A DNA stretch of 64,000 bases from Ptychomitrium polyphyllum (lineage: Eukaryota): assembly GCA_973851085.1 (NCBI GenBank), contig OZ316775.1:8494001-8558000 (forward strand), read 5' to 3'. The notes under the pieces were generated by a model that saw only the letters and a list, made by a program, of their open reading frames with translations, was not told where the DNA came from and did no database searches. Position numbers and translations under genes: made by a program. This document shows positions 39,420 to 52,670 of the stretch, in pieces (within the stretch, counting starts at the first letter, position 1; each line of letters begins with the position of its first letter).

Positions 39420-39490
39420 GGTGGGGCGGGGCAGGGAGGGGAGGGAGCGCTGGGCTGGGCTGGGCTGGGCTGGGCTGGGCTTGGGGGGCC
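39420..39490 (+). promoter_or_regulatory. G-rich promoter block with (TGGGC)x6
   Basis: GGGGCGGGGCAGGGAGGGGAGGG followed by six TGGGC units at 39451-39480, just upstream of a pyrimidine-rich leader. Confidence 0.6.
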
Positions 39491-39529
39491 GCACAAAGGA
39501 CGGTGCGATCCGCAGGCGGGGATCTACGT

Positions 39530-39669
39530 GTTACTCCCTTCTGCCTTCTGCCACTGTTTTCGACACTCTCTTTGCGCTTGTCTTCTCTCTCTCGTCTTTG
39601 TTGTCTCTCGTCTTGTGGCCGCTGCGACCTCAAAGCGTCCGTGCGCTTCCCAGCTCTGATTCCCCTCAG
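39530..39669 (+). promoter_or_regulatory. Probable non-coding first exon upstream of reticulon copy 2
   Basis: CT-rich leader ending cccctcag|GTAACT at 39669/39670, followed by a T-rich intron. Confidence 0.55.
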
Positions 39670-40522
39670 GTAACTTACCCTCAGCCTCAGCCGCTCCTCC
39701 TACTCCCGCTTCTAGCACCACTTTGCTGCGGCCATGCTTTTCTCCGTCTCGTAGCCCGTGTATGCCCCTTCTGTAACAATGGGAGTTTCAGGATCATGTT
39801 AGCGCAGGTTGTCCCTTCACTGCTGCATTTCTGTGTACTGGGTTGAGGTTTTCTCTTTTTGCCTTTTCTTTTCGCTTTTGCGCTCTTTTGAAGGTCATGG
39901 TAGGCAGCGAGCTTGCTCATAGTCTTGGAGGATTAGGAGGTGCTTTGGAGTGTGATATTAGCGACTGGTGTTAGATTTGGGCTTAAGAGGAGTGTATGAA
40001 GGGTAAGGTTCCGTTTATTCTTGCGTCTTGCTGGCCGGGAGTGGACGACTCGCGGTTTACGACTGTTAGATGGTAATTTTGGTGCTTTGGTTGTTGTATT
40101 TTTATCTCTTTCTTCCTCTGTTTATTTTCGTGTGGCTTTTAAAGTGATTGAAGACGGATATCTTTGATCTGAGGGCGACGTATCTTTGGCATCCATGCGA
40201 TTTGTGCTAGTCCTAAAGAATACACGACCTTCTTCATTTCTTGATAGCAGTAGCCTTAATTGTAGGAAACTCACTTTTAGAATTTTTTTGTCATATTAAA
40301 GTCATTTCGTCGTGGTCTTCTAACCGGCAAACTCTTCAAACCTGGGAGTCGCAGTTCAGAGAAACTTGTCTTCAAGGCAGCACTTTAGACGTGTTTCAAC
40401 CAAAAATGATGTTCCTGCGGTTGACAGTACATATAACGATGGAAAGAAACTACATTATATGACCTAGTCATTTTGTCCGTCGTCAAGATCCTTTGCTGCG
40501 TTCCATTCTCTCCAGTACATGG

Positions 40523-43500
40523 AACGCCGAATTGCAGTCCACAGAACGACCTTTCGCTATACAAGGCTTCAGTGCTATCCGATAGCGAGGTCAAGCCATG
40601 GTGGCAGAGCACATGTACCGAGACTGGGTTTCTGCTGGCCCCTGTTTCGAGAGCTGGAGGCCTGTGCACGATGGCCAGGGTTTGGTACGTCTAGAGCGAT
40701 TTTGAGCACACGACCCGTCGATCTTGGGGAGTCGGCTCTGAGCAGCGGGGGTGGATGGTGTGAGACAGTTTTGGAGAGCGTCGTGTCGGCGGGTAGTGCA
40801 GGACGTGGTCAACTAGCCGGCTGAGGTGGACGATTGGCAATGTTTGCCCTCTCGCAGCCGTGGTGTGTCGGACGCATTCCGAGGCCAGAGGGCTCGTTGC
40901 GCATCGTGGGCCAGCGAGATGTGTTGAAATCTGGCGTCGGTGCATCCGGTTTGGGAGGTGGATGAAGCAGGAGGGCCTCATCGTAGGTAGTGCGGAGAGA
41001 TCGGAGCCAGAGCCCTGTGCTGGGTGAAGAGCGTAGGGGTTCGAATCTCGGAGTCTGTCCGGTTTCAGCGCCCGTGCGTGCTGATCGCATCGCCGCAGAC
41101 CGGCACGTTGCCGAGAGTTGTGTGAGGCATCCGGGCGCTGTGGTGAGTGTGCCAGCGCTGCGTGAGATGGATGGTGTATCCCGCACACGAAGTGAGCCGC
41201 ATCTCCTCGTGCGTGTGTCGGGGAGGTTTGGACTGCGGGATGTCGAGATGCGTGGAGGGTTGAGGGCGATGTGTAGCCGGTGTTAACCGGAGCCATCGTC
41301 CGGCGAGCAGTGGGAGTTTGTGCGACGGTGGCTATGTCGGGTTTGCGCTTGTGTGGTGGACGAGATTCGGTGCTGGGCTGATTCGTGAGCTGGTTGTTTC
41401 CTCCTGTGTCCGTTGGTTGTGAAATCTGGCGCCTGTGTGGAGGGGCACGGCCGCGGGAAACTGAGTGGGGGGCGTTTTGGGGTGTGCAGAGCGAATTGAC
41501 TGGGCCGGAGTTGACCTTTGAAGGCGAGCACCATGTCGGAGCAGAGTGATGTGACGCAGAACGTCCCGGACCCCGTGATGGAGAACGTGAGCAGGATGCC
41601 CGCTTCTCAGACGGGTCCGATTTCGCAGTACGGACCCGGCAACCGGTTCTTGACCAAGGACAGGACAGTGCACCAGATTCTAGGCGGAGGTCGAGGTAAG
41701 GCCCACGCATCTCTGGAGGAGCTGACAGTGCAGGCGCGGAGTGCGGAATCTGCCGGGTTCAGGCAGGGTCCGGTGTCCGGGTGGTCGGCGAACTGATCCG
41801 TTGGTGTTGGGTGTGGATGCAGCTGCCGATTCGGCTCTCTGGAGGGACAAGTATCTGTCGGCTGGGACTCTGGGCGGGTCGACGCTGGTGTGGTTTCTGT
41901 TGGAGAAGTCCGGGTACACGTTCATGACGCTGCTGTGCAACATTCTGATGTTCGCGGTGGTGATTCTGTTCGTGTGGTCGAACGTGGCCGCCCTGCTGCA
42001 CAGGTTTGTGTCCGAGACCTGAATGTGACGGGTTCGTGGGAGATGGGCAATGAGATGGATGGTGGGAACGGGTGACGCCGCGTAAGGGACTCGGGTCTGT
42101 GCGGGTTCGTGACGCCGTAGGAGTCGGGTTTGGTTGTGAACGGAGACGTGTCTGCCAGCGGTGGCGAGGAGTTGGTGGGGACTGATGGGGTTACGGTGGG
42201 ATTGTGGGTGTCAGAGCTGGCCCACCAGTACCGGAGCTGTCGCTGTCGGAGGATTTCGTTCTGAGCACAGCAAGCATGGTGCGCAACGACGTGAACAGGG
42301 CCCTGGCGATCGCGCGGGACGTCGCTCTGGGCAAGGATTTCAAGCTGTTTTTGCTGGTGAGCTGCGGTCATGCGAGCTGGGTAGGGGTCGACGGCAGGAC
42401 GGTCGGGATGATTGTTGTAGGAGCGGAGGTCGAGGTTGTGTCGGAGCCCGTGGGCCGTTGCTGTGGGCGGTCGGGGAGTTGTGAGGAGCTGAACGGGGAT
42501 GTGTGGCATGGGGCGCAGGTGATCGCGTTCCTGTACGTTGTGTCGACGGTGACGGCGTGGTTCAACTTCCTGACGTGCGTGTGGATCGGTAAGCGGGCTG
42601 TGCCTTGGAGGAAGGACATGATGTGGTTGTGGGATGGGCGGAGTGAGCCGACGGTGGCAGTGGGCACGGTTGATCGTGCGAGTCGCTGACATGATGGGCG
42701 TGTGGCAGGTATCGTGTTGCTGCACATCGTTCCGTTCATCTACGACAAGTACGAGGACGTGATCGACCACCACGCGAGGAGGGCGGCAGACGTAGCCAGC
42801 ACCCACTACAAGAACGTGGACGCTGCGGTGTTGAGCAAGATCCCGAGGGCCCCGGCCAAGAAGAAGCTGTAGGTGCGCGAAGGTGGTGTCGGGCGATTGG
42901 GCGGGGGCCGCAGCGGGCGGGACGCAGCGCGAGAGGGGCGAGGGATATGTATATACGTACATACGTGGTGCACAGTAGGATTGGGGCGTATACCTTTGTG
43001 TTTTTGGATGTATGTAGCTCTGGAGTCGGCACTGTGCAGTATCGTAGGAGTAAGACGGATGGTCTGTAACGTGTACAGAATCCAGGTCTGTGGTTACGGA
43101 GGTTCCTTCATAAGTGGTGTCCGCGACGGGCATTTTTTAAAATCTAATTGGATCTTTCCCTTGATGTCGTGAGAGCGAGGGCGTGAGTGGGTGTCCGATG
43201 CGGGTGTCGTGGGTGCGGGCTTGCGGCGGTGCGTAGGAAGTGAGAACCGAGGCGCGGATCCTGAGGCCGTGGATGACGGGATCGCATCGCGCAGCGTACC
43301 GTCGCTGTGATGCGAGACGGTGAGTGTGAAGCAAGAGGTAGGTGTGGGTGGAAGATCCCGTCATCAACAGCCGAGGGTTCGGATGCTGTCGCTGTCGTTC
43401 CGGTGCGGCGGCATGTGCGGAAGCAACGGAACGCCGCAGCTCGTAGATGTGGCCGGACAAGCCCGGTCGGGGTGGAGAGAACGCAGAGCCGGTCTGGGTC

Positions 43501-43895
43501 CGTGGACGTGAGAGGGCACGTGGGAGAAACCGAGCGAGCGTGTGTGAGAGTGGGAAAGGGACTCGTCCGTCGAGGCAGTGCGCACCGGAGGCTGTGGAGC
43601 GAGCTGGTGGGCTTGGGAATGCTCGCTTGCCACCGGAATGTGGTTTTCACTGAACCTTGCACCCGGAAGCATTGGCACGGGAGTGGCGGTTCTCGACCGC
43701 AGTGGGTTTGCGTGGGAATGTTCTATGCGGTTTATGCTGGACAGTATGGGGATCTATCGAGCTGAGTCTGAACGAGATGGTTGACGACGTGCACGGCGCC
43801 GTTGCGAAGTAGATGTGTATTGCGAAATGTGAATGCGTTGGAGTCCTTTTTGTGTAAAGCTAGCGTGACATCGTGGAGGATGTTTAGGCTTTTTT
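40523..43895 (+). repeat. Direct repeat copy 2 (near-identical to 10688-14060)
   Basis: Constant offset of 29835; identity ends after AGGCTTTTTT. Confidence 0.95.
41533..42872 (+). CDS. RTNLB: Reticulon-like protein (RTNLB family), second copy, 239 aa; exons 41533-41695, 41823-42003, 42215-42356, 42519-42588, 42709-42872
   Basis: Same splice sites and protein as 11698-13037. Confidence 0.95.
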
Positions 43896-44548
43896 TAGAT
43901 GATGAAGCGATGAGGCGGGATTCGATGTGATATGTGAGTTTTGGTTTTCTCTATTGTTGTTCGCGTCGTTTGTCGGCTGATGTTCAGGCGATATATTAGT
44001 CGAGTGGGTGTGGACTGGTGGACTGCATGTTTATTCGGAGGCTGTTTACGTTATTTTTAGGTTGGCGCTTTTTAATTTGAAGTAAACGAAATCAAGTTTT
44101 TTTTTTGACGTTGTAAACGTGGATCTTCGAGGTTTGGAGTTTAGGATTACTTTGTACATGCGGAATTGGATTTGTCGAATTTCATCGAATGTTCCAGTTA
44201 GTGTTTATTAAGTGTGGATGCCTTGAGGAGTGATGAATGTTTAGCTCCTTACATGTGGGGTACTAGTATTTTTTTTTGGTCACTTTTACAGGTTCAGTGT
44301 AAGGGTCGATTATGATGATGGTATAGTATGTTTTCATACTTTTTAATTTTGATTATGATGAATAAGGTATGATTTATTGTAATACTTTTCAGTAAAGTAT
44401 ATCAATGGACGTTTTGAAGAATTTTGGACGAATTTGTTTATGCATGTGGTAGCCTAGTTCACATTATGATAAGTTTGTTATATGAAATTTGTGATATGAA
44501 ATTAATTGTGGTAATTGTAAAGAAATCATGATGTCACAGAGATAAAAA

Positions 44549-44648
44549 TATCAAATTGTACAGTGAAATCTTAGATTTTATGAATGATGATTGCAATATA
44601 TCAAATTGTACAGTGGAATCTTAGATTTTATGAATGATGATTGCAATA
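44549..44648. repeat. Tandem duplication, 2 x 50 bp
   Basis: TATCAAATTGTACAGTG(A/G)AATCTTAGATTTTATGAATGATGATTGCAATA twice, one mismatch. Confidence 0.9.
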
Positions 44649-47282
44649 GTGAGTGTGATGATTTACTTTGTGTGAAATTATTATAGAGGATGGAAATGTA
44701 GTTTATTGTTGAAGTCATCGTTTATTATATCTTATTGTGAAATTATTATTGATGATGGAAATGTAATTTATTGATTGCAGTATAAGTTAGCTTTTGTTAG
44801 TTAAGCGTTTTCATTTAGTGCTCGATGAAATTTAAAAAATAAATATCTATCAAATAAATTTAGAAAAATTTGAATGGTTAGAAACTATTTTGAAAGTATA
44901 TTTATCTTTGAAACTCATATGAATCCAAGAAATGATCATATGGTTAGAAAACAAGTTGTGGGATATAAAAATAACTATTTAAAGTCTAAAGTTATTCAAG
45001 TGTACGCCAAAGTAGTATTGTACCATTTATCCACTTTGCTTCATTTAATGAATAGGTACATATTCATCAATTTTTTTTCTACATATTTTGTAAATGAAAT
45101 ATTGGTCAAATATATTATGAACATTTTTTTTCTTTGTAATTGGAAGAATTATACTATAAAACTTAATTTAATTTATATCTTATTGAATTAATTTGAAGAA
45201 TGAAAAATGATTGATCTAGTTTGGATTTTATTCTTCATTCAATTGAAGAATAGTTGATTTGCTAGCATTGAGTCTTTTACTTAATGATACTTCTCTTTGT
45301 CAAAACATGGTTAAAGTTTTTAATTAATTTGTATGCTCTAAATTCTTTACTTACAATACTGATCAATACAATTTTTATGTCCAATATATTTGAATTTATA
45401 AATCTTATACATTGTCCATATTATCCTCATTAAAAATCTTTCAAATATTATGAACTCCTTTACCTTATTGGATATAGAAGGTAGAAAGTATTAATATATA
45501 ATCATTCAAAAAATTTGGACAAATTTGTAAGAATGATAAAAGAATTTGAATAGAACCTTTTGAAACAACATGAAATGGCAACTTGGTTACTTAAACTCCT
45601 TTCAATTAATGTAATGCTCTTCATCAAATGTTTGAAAAACAAATGATGATAGTACGTTCTTTTTTGTAATTGGCAGTGGTAATCATGTTAGTGTTGTTTC
45701 AACATACAACATGCAAACACTCACCACTTGCCTATATTTGGGATTCCACATTTTCAATCTTTGGAATGATTTGTTAGTTGTGTCACCTCATGGAGAAAAT
45801 ATTAAAATCAGGCTTCATCAACTACGCTTCATCACCTGGTAAGGGAAGCAGTGACCATACAAATGTTCCTTTGCCGGTCCTGTTAAGCCTCGCAGTATGA
45901 TGCAAGCAAACCTTAAAGTGATTGAATGCTGGCATGGCTCATAGGCATGGTTGACACGGAGCAAGGGATCTAAGTGGAATAACTGAATTCCTAGGTAAGA
46001 CAGAAGCGTCAATGACATTGCTCAAAATTATATTTGGTGATGCTGGTCAATAACGTTTTCAGAGGGGGAGTGGGAGGGGAATTGGGAGTGTAGGCCTAGG
46101 CCCATGAAGGACACATTTCTCTGGAAAATTGAATAACATACATAGAACAGCAGTACCACACCCATTAAGTTAATACAAAAACAATAATATATCTGTTTTA
46201 TGATATTAGTTTATTATATTACTTATCAAAAAATTTGATATTCATCTTTAGAAATAATATTATTTCAATATCATTCACTGTACGTACATTACCACAGTTA
46301 CCCGTGAGACTTCCACAATTTCAGTGGCAATGACAATTTCCATTGGTAATATTTTAGTAAGAGATGGAGCTTTACTTTTTATTGGACATCTCAATTAAAT
46401 ACACAGCATGTGCATTTCCATATAGCTCAGGTGTTGGACCTTAAATTTGGAATGTAAAGATGTCGGGTACCCAACAATCTTTCGATTGCTACCTCGCAAC
46501 AACAAAAAAATTCGTAAATAAGATGGAGATCATAACTCATATCTCGATGGCATCAATCAGATATCCAGACCTGCATCATTAGAATTCATGGTGGTGTGGG
46601 TATCTTCAGTCAGTGGTGTTTCAGCTTCGAGATAAATTGCTAGAGGCATCTACAATTCGTAGGTGATAGAGGGGTTCTTTCATCAAAATTTTGCTTTGAA
46701 TAAAGCGCAGAGCACTTTGAAGTGTTTTGGACGCGAAGAGAAACCCTGGATTTGAAGAAGTAAAGACTCGAAAGAAACCGTTTCCTTGACTTGAATCACT
46801 CGGCACACTCAGACGAACAATCAGAACATTCAAGATTGAAGGCGATTTGTAACACCGGCAGGGACCGGTACACTTAGTGTCTTTACTATACAGATGGATT
46901 GTTTAAAATACACAGGGTTTCCTCATATGCCCTGAAAAGAAACTGACTGAATACATCTCGGCATACTCTGCAAGTCCAAGAGCCTCCAAACAAATGGAGA
47001 TTGCTCGAGTGGAGAATGACTTCCAAAGAAGCAAGCTTCGTCAGGATTTCATTACGGGTGCTTGATTGCAGCAGCCTGCACATTTCCCGATAAGGAGTAG
47101 TTCTCCTCAAACATAGCAAAAAAGGTGGATATCCTAGGCCCCAAGGAAACATTTACAATCTAACCTTACTCCCCTAGGGCAGGTATTTTCCAGTACTATT
47201 CACAGTAAGATATAGTAGGCATCACTGATGTCACTATTCGTGATGCACGGGCTGAGCTACGGTCCATGCCTCTGCCATGTCT

Positions 47283-48412
47283 TCATTCGAAACTCACAGT
47301 GGGCCGATGCTTCTTTGGAGAGTCAACAGGTGCGTGTGTCTGGTGAAGCATGGACCACATCACATGCACATCTTCGTAACCACACGAGACTACGTCGTTG
47401 TACAGCTTCCCCATACCACTTCCTGCAAGAAAGAAAAGGGAGAAAACAACTGAACATGAGGATATGCTCTTGCGAAATTGTTGTTTAGGTTTGCGTAAGA
47501 AGCATGGACACCAAAGCAGTTAGTTCTTAGAACTGTTTGAGTCAAGTAGGCATTACCACATGTACCTAATTAAATTATACAAAAACTCTCGTTCAGTGGA
47601 AACGATGTTAATTCTAATTACTGGACTTTCTGGACTAATCTGAAATACGATTGCAGGCCTTTGCAAGATATCAGTAAATTGAGCACCTTATTCTTGGGCA
47701 TTGTTATTACAGATAGATTACATAACTCACACGGTATCCCCATCATATGCTTACTATATATACTAATGGCACTTTCGGTCAGATAGAACTCAAGCATAAG
47801 TGTGATGTATCGGCTCATTTCCCTCTAATCATATGTCACATGTAACAGGGAACATGTGCCTATACTACAACTAAAACATTTCACATGTCCACAAGAATCA
47901 ACATAATCTGCTCTCAAGCACCCAGGGAGTTTCGTGATCACTGCTTAAGACTGTTCCTAATGTCCAAGATGCGAGTAGCAAGGTACAGACTCCTTAATTG
48001 GCTTGCACGAAGGGCATCATGCTCAAAGAACATGTCAACCAATTTAAGAAACCTGATCATTACTACTCGCATCAGATTCCTTTGATTGCAGAAGAAAACA
48101 GACAGTGAGCAAGCTAAGCTTCTTGGAACTTAACAGCCATACTACATCTCCGGCCTCACTGCATAATAATACGGCAATCAGGTTCAGCCTCTTAGATCTG
48201 ATGAGCGTAATTGGCTAAATCTGAATCCCGTCAGCATCCGAAGCAGGACGTTCATTATCTCGTGTTTAATAAATGATCTCCAAAGGATTAAACCAAATAC
48301 GAGAAGCTTCAAAGCGTGACTTACCACGCTTGTGCTTGCGTGGGCGCAGCTTAGCGAAAATAGCTTTCCACACCCGTCTGAAAGGGGTGGAAACCTTCCG
48401 AAGCCACCTCAT
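47283..48412 (-). CDS. Small conserved plant protein of unknown function, ~75 aa, exons 48412-48325 and 47422-47283
   Basis: MRWLRKVSTPFRRVWKAIFAKLRPRKHKRG|SGMGKLYNDVVSCGYEDVHVMWSMLHQTHAPVDSPKKHRPTVSFE*. Donor GTAAGT and a strong pyrimidine-tract acceptor; the P.RRVW and KL..DV..CGYEDV.VMW.ML motifs are ones I recognise from an uncharacterised land-plant small-protein family. 5'UTR acceptor at 48543, upstream donor at 49563. Confidence 0.85.
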
Positions 48413-51400
48413 CTTTGCTAGCAAGTCTTGAAACCACGCTTTCTCCCAAGAATCTCCCGGCCTCTACTGTGAGTAGTCAAAAGACTACATGAAAGGGCTT
48501 CGTTGGATATGTGTCATGACGCTTCACGAATTCCCGTCTGAGCTGCACATACAACACAATTCGCGAAAACCGTCAGAGATACCAGAGTGAACTCTCTGTA
48601 CACATAAAGTGCGCCTTGACTGTCGTAATCATAGAGCATGCACACTGCTGAGCATGTATAATGAGCCACCGCAAATTCTCCTACACCTCCACCACCACAA
48701 CTAACGGCAACGGGAAATTTTTCAAGTCAGATAGGCATAGTCCAAGTCGAGTTTCCAGTCAGTCCTACTCGCGCTCGTCATAATCTACCACAGCGGTGAG
48801 CAAAAACTCATCTGAACTATTCCACGCCCTGCGCTTATCCACCATTGCAAAACAGAGAAGTACGGGTCTAATGACTTAGGGTAATCGTAACTATCATTGC
48901 GCATGTAAGCGCTCCACACCTGTAACTACAAAGTTTTCTGCAAATTCTCTAGATGTACGAGTTAACTGTATAGGAAACGCTAATAAACGATTTTCAGATT
49001 GTCCCACAGCCAAACCGCAATCAGATAACGGACATGCAATCAACATACACACCTACCGAAGCCTCTCCCTGCTAAAACCGATCAACTCCACCGCTAACAC
49101 CTCCTCCCCGACAGCCGGACGCAACTCCTACACCTATGCCACTTCTCCTACACGAAACGAAACCGCACCGATAGAACATCAACAAAACCAACACTTGCCT
49201 CGAACGAACTCCGACGAACTCCGACGAACAGCCAAAGAATCAACTCCCGTCCCGTCCTTCGCAACCACGACAGCAACAGCGTCCTAAACTCTCCGCACCA
49301 AACTATGTACAACTAACACGAAAACAGAAACCTCCACCGTCGCGATGGAGCCGTCGTCACCACAGCAGTTGCTGCTGCTAACTTACTACAAAGCAAACAA
49401 GCGAGCAAACCCGAGAAGATGAAGGTGAATGGATGAGAGACACACAGAGAGAGCAGGTGGCAGAGCGCGGGCCACACCACACGGATCTTGCCTCGAAAAC
49501 TCGCCAAACTTGGCTGATGAATAATAAGAGAGGGTCGCTCATGGATCGACAAGAAACACTTACCGGGCGTGACTGGCGCAGCAGGAAGCAACGCAGACCA
49601 GCGTCTAGGAAACAATAAACAATTGCAGGCAGGCTGCAATGAGGAGACGCAGTGGTAGAGGCGAGGCACCGTAGTTATGGTGGCGAGCGGGCGCTCCTTT
49701 CGTTGTCCGGGACTAGTAGCACTGGCCACGCAGGGGCCCCGCCATAGCCTCAAATGTCCTTGCAACCGAGCACTCGCTGATGAGCCCTCGCTCACACCAG
49801 CAGCACCAGCAACGTCGTCGCCGTCGTCGTCTTCGTCGTCGATGGGGTTGGTTTCGTTCTATTTTCTTTCGTTCTTTCGTTCTTTCGTTCTTTTCTGGTT
49901 TCCGGCGGATGGCATCATTTACTTCCGTCGTTCAATTATGCCTGTGATGACGGAGATCATTGGTGATTCCTTTGACCGTTAAAGCTCATCTTGTGTTAAA
50001 AGAATGATTGGTGATTTTATATTTTGCGTTTTACTTCCGTTCAATTATTACCTTTGGACTCACTCATTGGGCGGGGAGCGTGGTTACGTAGGCTGCGAGT
50101 GGGGTGCGCTTCATTGGTGCTTGCTTGCTCGCTTGGTCTGGCTAGGCTTGGGTTAGCTGCCCACTCGTGGGGACATCATAACATGTGAAAGCAAGTATGT
50201 TAATCACCCTGGAATATACTGCCTGAGCTCCAAGACTTCAAATTTAGAATATTTTTATAGGGTCCAATTTACACATTTTAGAGTGAGTGGAAATTTGTCA
50301 TCTCTTATGGACATGATTTAATATAAGACTTGTGGTTTATTAAAGTAATGAAGTTTGAATGAGTTGAAGTCATAGTTATAAATGTTGCTACCTTCCACAG
50401 TAGTCAATTACAATTGCTAAAAATCTTTAGGTTGGACCTTATTTCTCTTTGGTATTTTTTGAAGTTTTTTCATATTTTTATTAAATTTGATGTATTGTCT
50501 ATGCCTGACAGCTATTTTGTATGGTTGGTAATGTTTCATACTAAAGAAGACAAATTTTTACATATGATAATTGAAGTAGTTAGACTCGATGGTTGGTATT
50601 GGTTTTTTGGAAAATGACACAAGTGGTAGTAGCTTACTATATGCCGGTACCTCCAATAATTGATGGGTTGGTAGTAGCATGTGGCAAGATAATATAAAGA
50701 AGAGCAATACAGATTTTGTGGTCCAACAACAAAGATTCCATGTATATTAGTTGGATGCAAGTGTGACATGGTGCATACTACTACCAATAAGAATTGAGAG
50801 GTTGGTGGTGGCATGTAGCATAAACTGTATACATTAAATTATTCATAGTATAATAACTAAATATAAAATTAAAACAATATATAATACTACCAATAATTAA
50901 GATTATATATACATATATTTGAACAATATAAGTGTACATAATTACAAATTCATTTATGCATTTTATATAATAAAAACATGTTTAAATGTTTAAAAGAATA
51001 AATCATGTATAAAGATTTTATGCATGTAATTTTTAGAAATTGATTTCTTAATGATTTAATGCATTCTTATCCACATTTCATTTTTCAATATACATTTTAC
51101 AATACTTGTTATTAAAGTTTTTATAGAATTTGACAATACTTCCAAAGAAATTTGAACAAATTACAAACCAAAAAGTATGAAATTTTGGTTTCCAAAATCT
51201 CTTGAATTAAACTCTTGAATTGAATGATGTGCACTTCTTAGATTTCCACAAAAACAATACCCACATTTGTGAGCACATAGGCTTCCAATGACACCTATAT
51301 CCGAAGCCATTGGGTGCTTAAGTGGGCACTATGAATTCATTATCCAACTGGCACTAACGAAGTGTCCATTGTGCAAGTTCTGATTTGATTGAAAGTCGCA

Positions 51401-52622
51401 AAAATAACCTCAACCCGTAAAAAGAATTCCATGTGGGCAATGACCATGCACTTAGTTAAAGACTAGACATGTGGACCAGAAGTACCGGCATGGTCTTTGT
51501 GTGAAAGCAGCTTGGGCATCTCAACAGCCATTCTCCCTTAGGTCCACGGTGTCCACATTCCATGGTCCTTTTAGAAGTGAATTATTTCTTTGATGCTCCT
51601 TTTACCGTTCGGTCCCTTGCTTGGCTCTTTTCTCATGCAGAGGAGTAGCACCCTGAGGTTGTTGGTAGACCTCTTCTATAATTGGCAGATTAGGGAGTAT
51701 TTTTGGCACGATTGGAAGTAGGGTTTTCACTTTTAGAATTAGTTTTGTTGTCACTGATCTTAAAGTCGATTTCAATTTAAACTTTGGTTTCTCCTTGGCG
51801 GAGAAAAGTTAATTCAGATTAGAATTGCTTGAATTTCTTATGGTGGAGATGTGACTTATGTCTTGTGTGTTGGAAGGTATTGAAAGGTATGTAATGTACA
51901 TGCTTTGGGATTTCACCTGAAGGTGTGAAGCTTGTTACTGGCAATGGACAGTTTTTATAATGGTCCAGTGCATTCTTCATCAGATTGGTTTGCATGCAGA
52001 GTTACCACATAGGATATGTGTGATTACTCAGTTAGTGGAGACATGATGATATTTGCATACCATAGTTTATACCTGATACAAAATCTTTAATTTTTTTAAA
52101 ATTTATTCTGAAGGCTGGAGTCATTCTTGCACTTGCATGATTTGATTAAGCTTGTGTATTTGCATAAAATATGATAAAAACTTGACTAAGTGTACGGAAC
52201 GTGGATAACCTCAGGGAACTTATGAGTGTGTTAATCCACATGGGATACCCTGAAGTCAAACTGAAATTTTATCTCTAATGTGGATAGCTTCAGAGACAAA
52301 CTATTTTACAGAAGTTTAGCAAAAACTTAAACTGTCAAACACTAGTGTGTCATGAGCTGTTCATACCAGCCAGCAGTATGGAAAGGCTGCATGTAGGCAA
52401 GGAATAGCAATGAAGAGTAAATGAAAAATTTGGAGAAGGGATTACAAGCCTTAGAATTCAGGAGAATAATAGGGCTTTTGCTAGTTGCCTTTCTTCAAGT
52501 TTGCTAGTGCAAGTCACAGCACCACTATACAAAACTCAGCATTTTGATGTAAGACCACCATCAGTTTCCTCTTGCAAGAAGAACTCTAGTTCCTGTTAAA
52601 CCCTAATGTAGGATATGTTCAT

Positions 52623-52670
52623 ACTCCAATATCTTAGGACTCCAATATCTTAAGACTCCAATATCTTAAG
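52623..52670. repeat. Tandem repeat, 3 x 16 bp
   Basis: ACTCCAATATCTTA(G/A)G three times. Confidence 0.9.
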
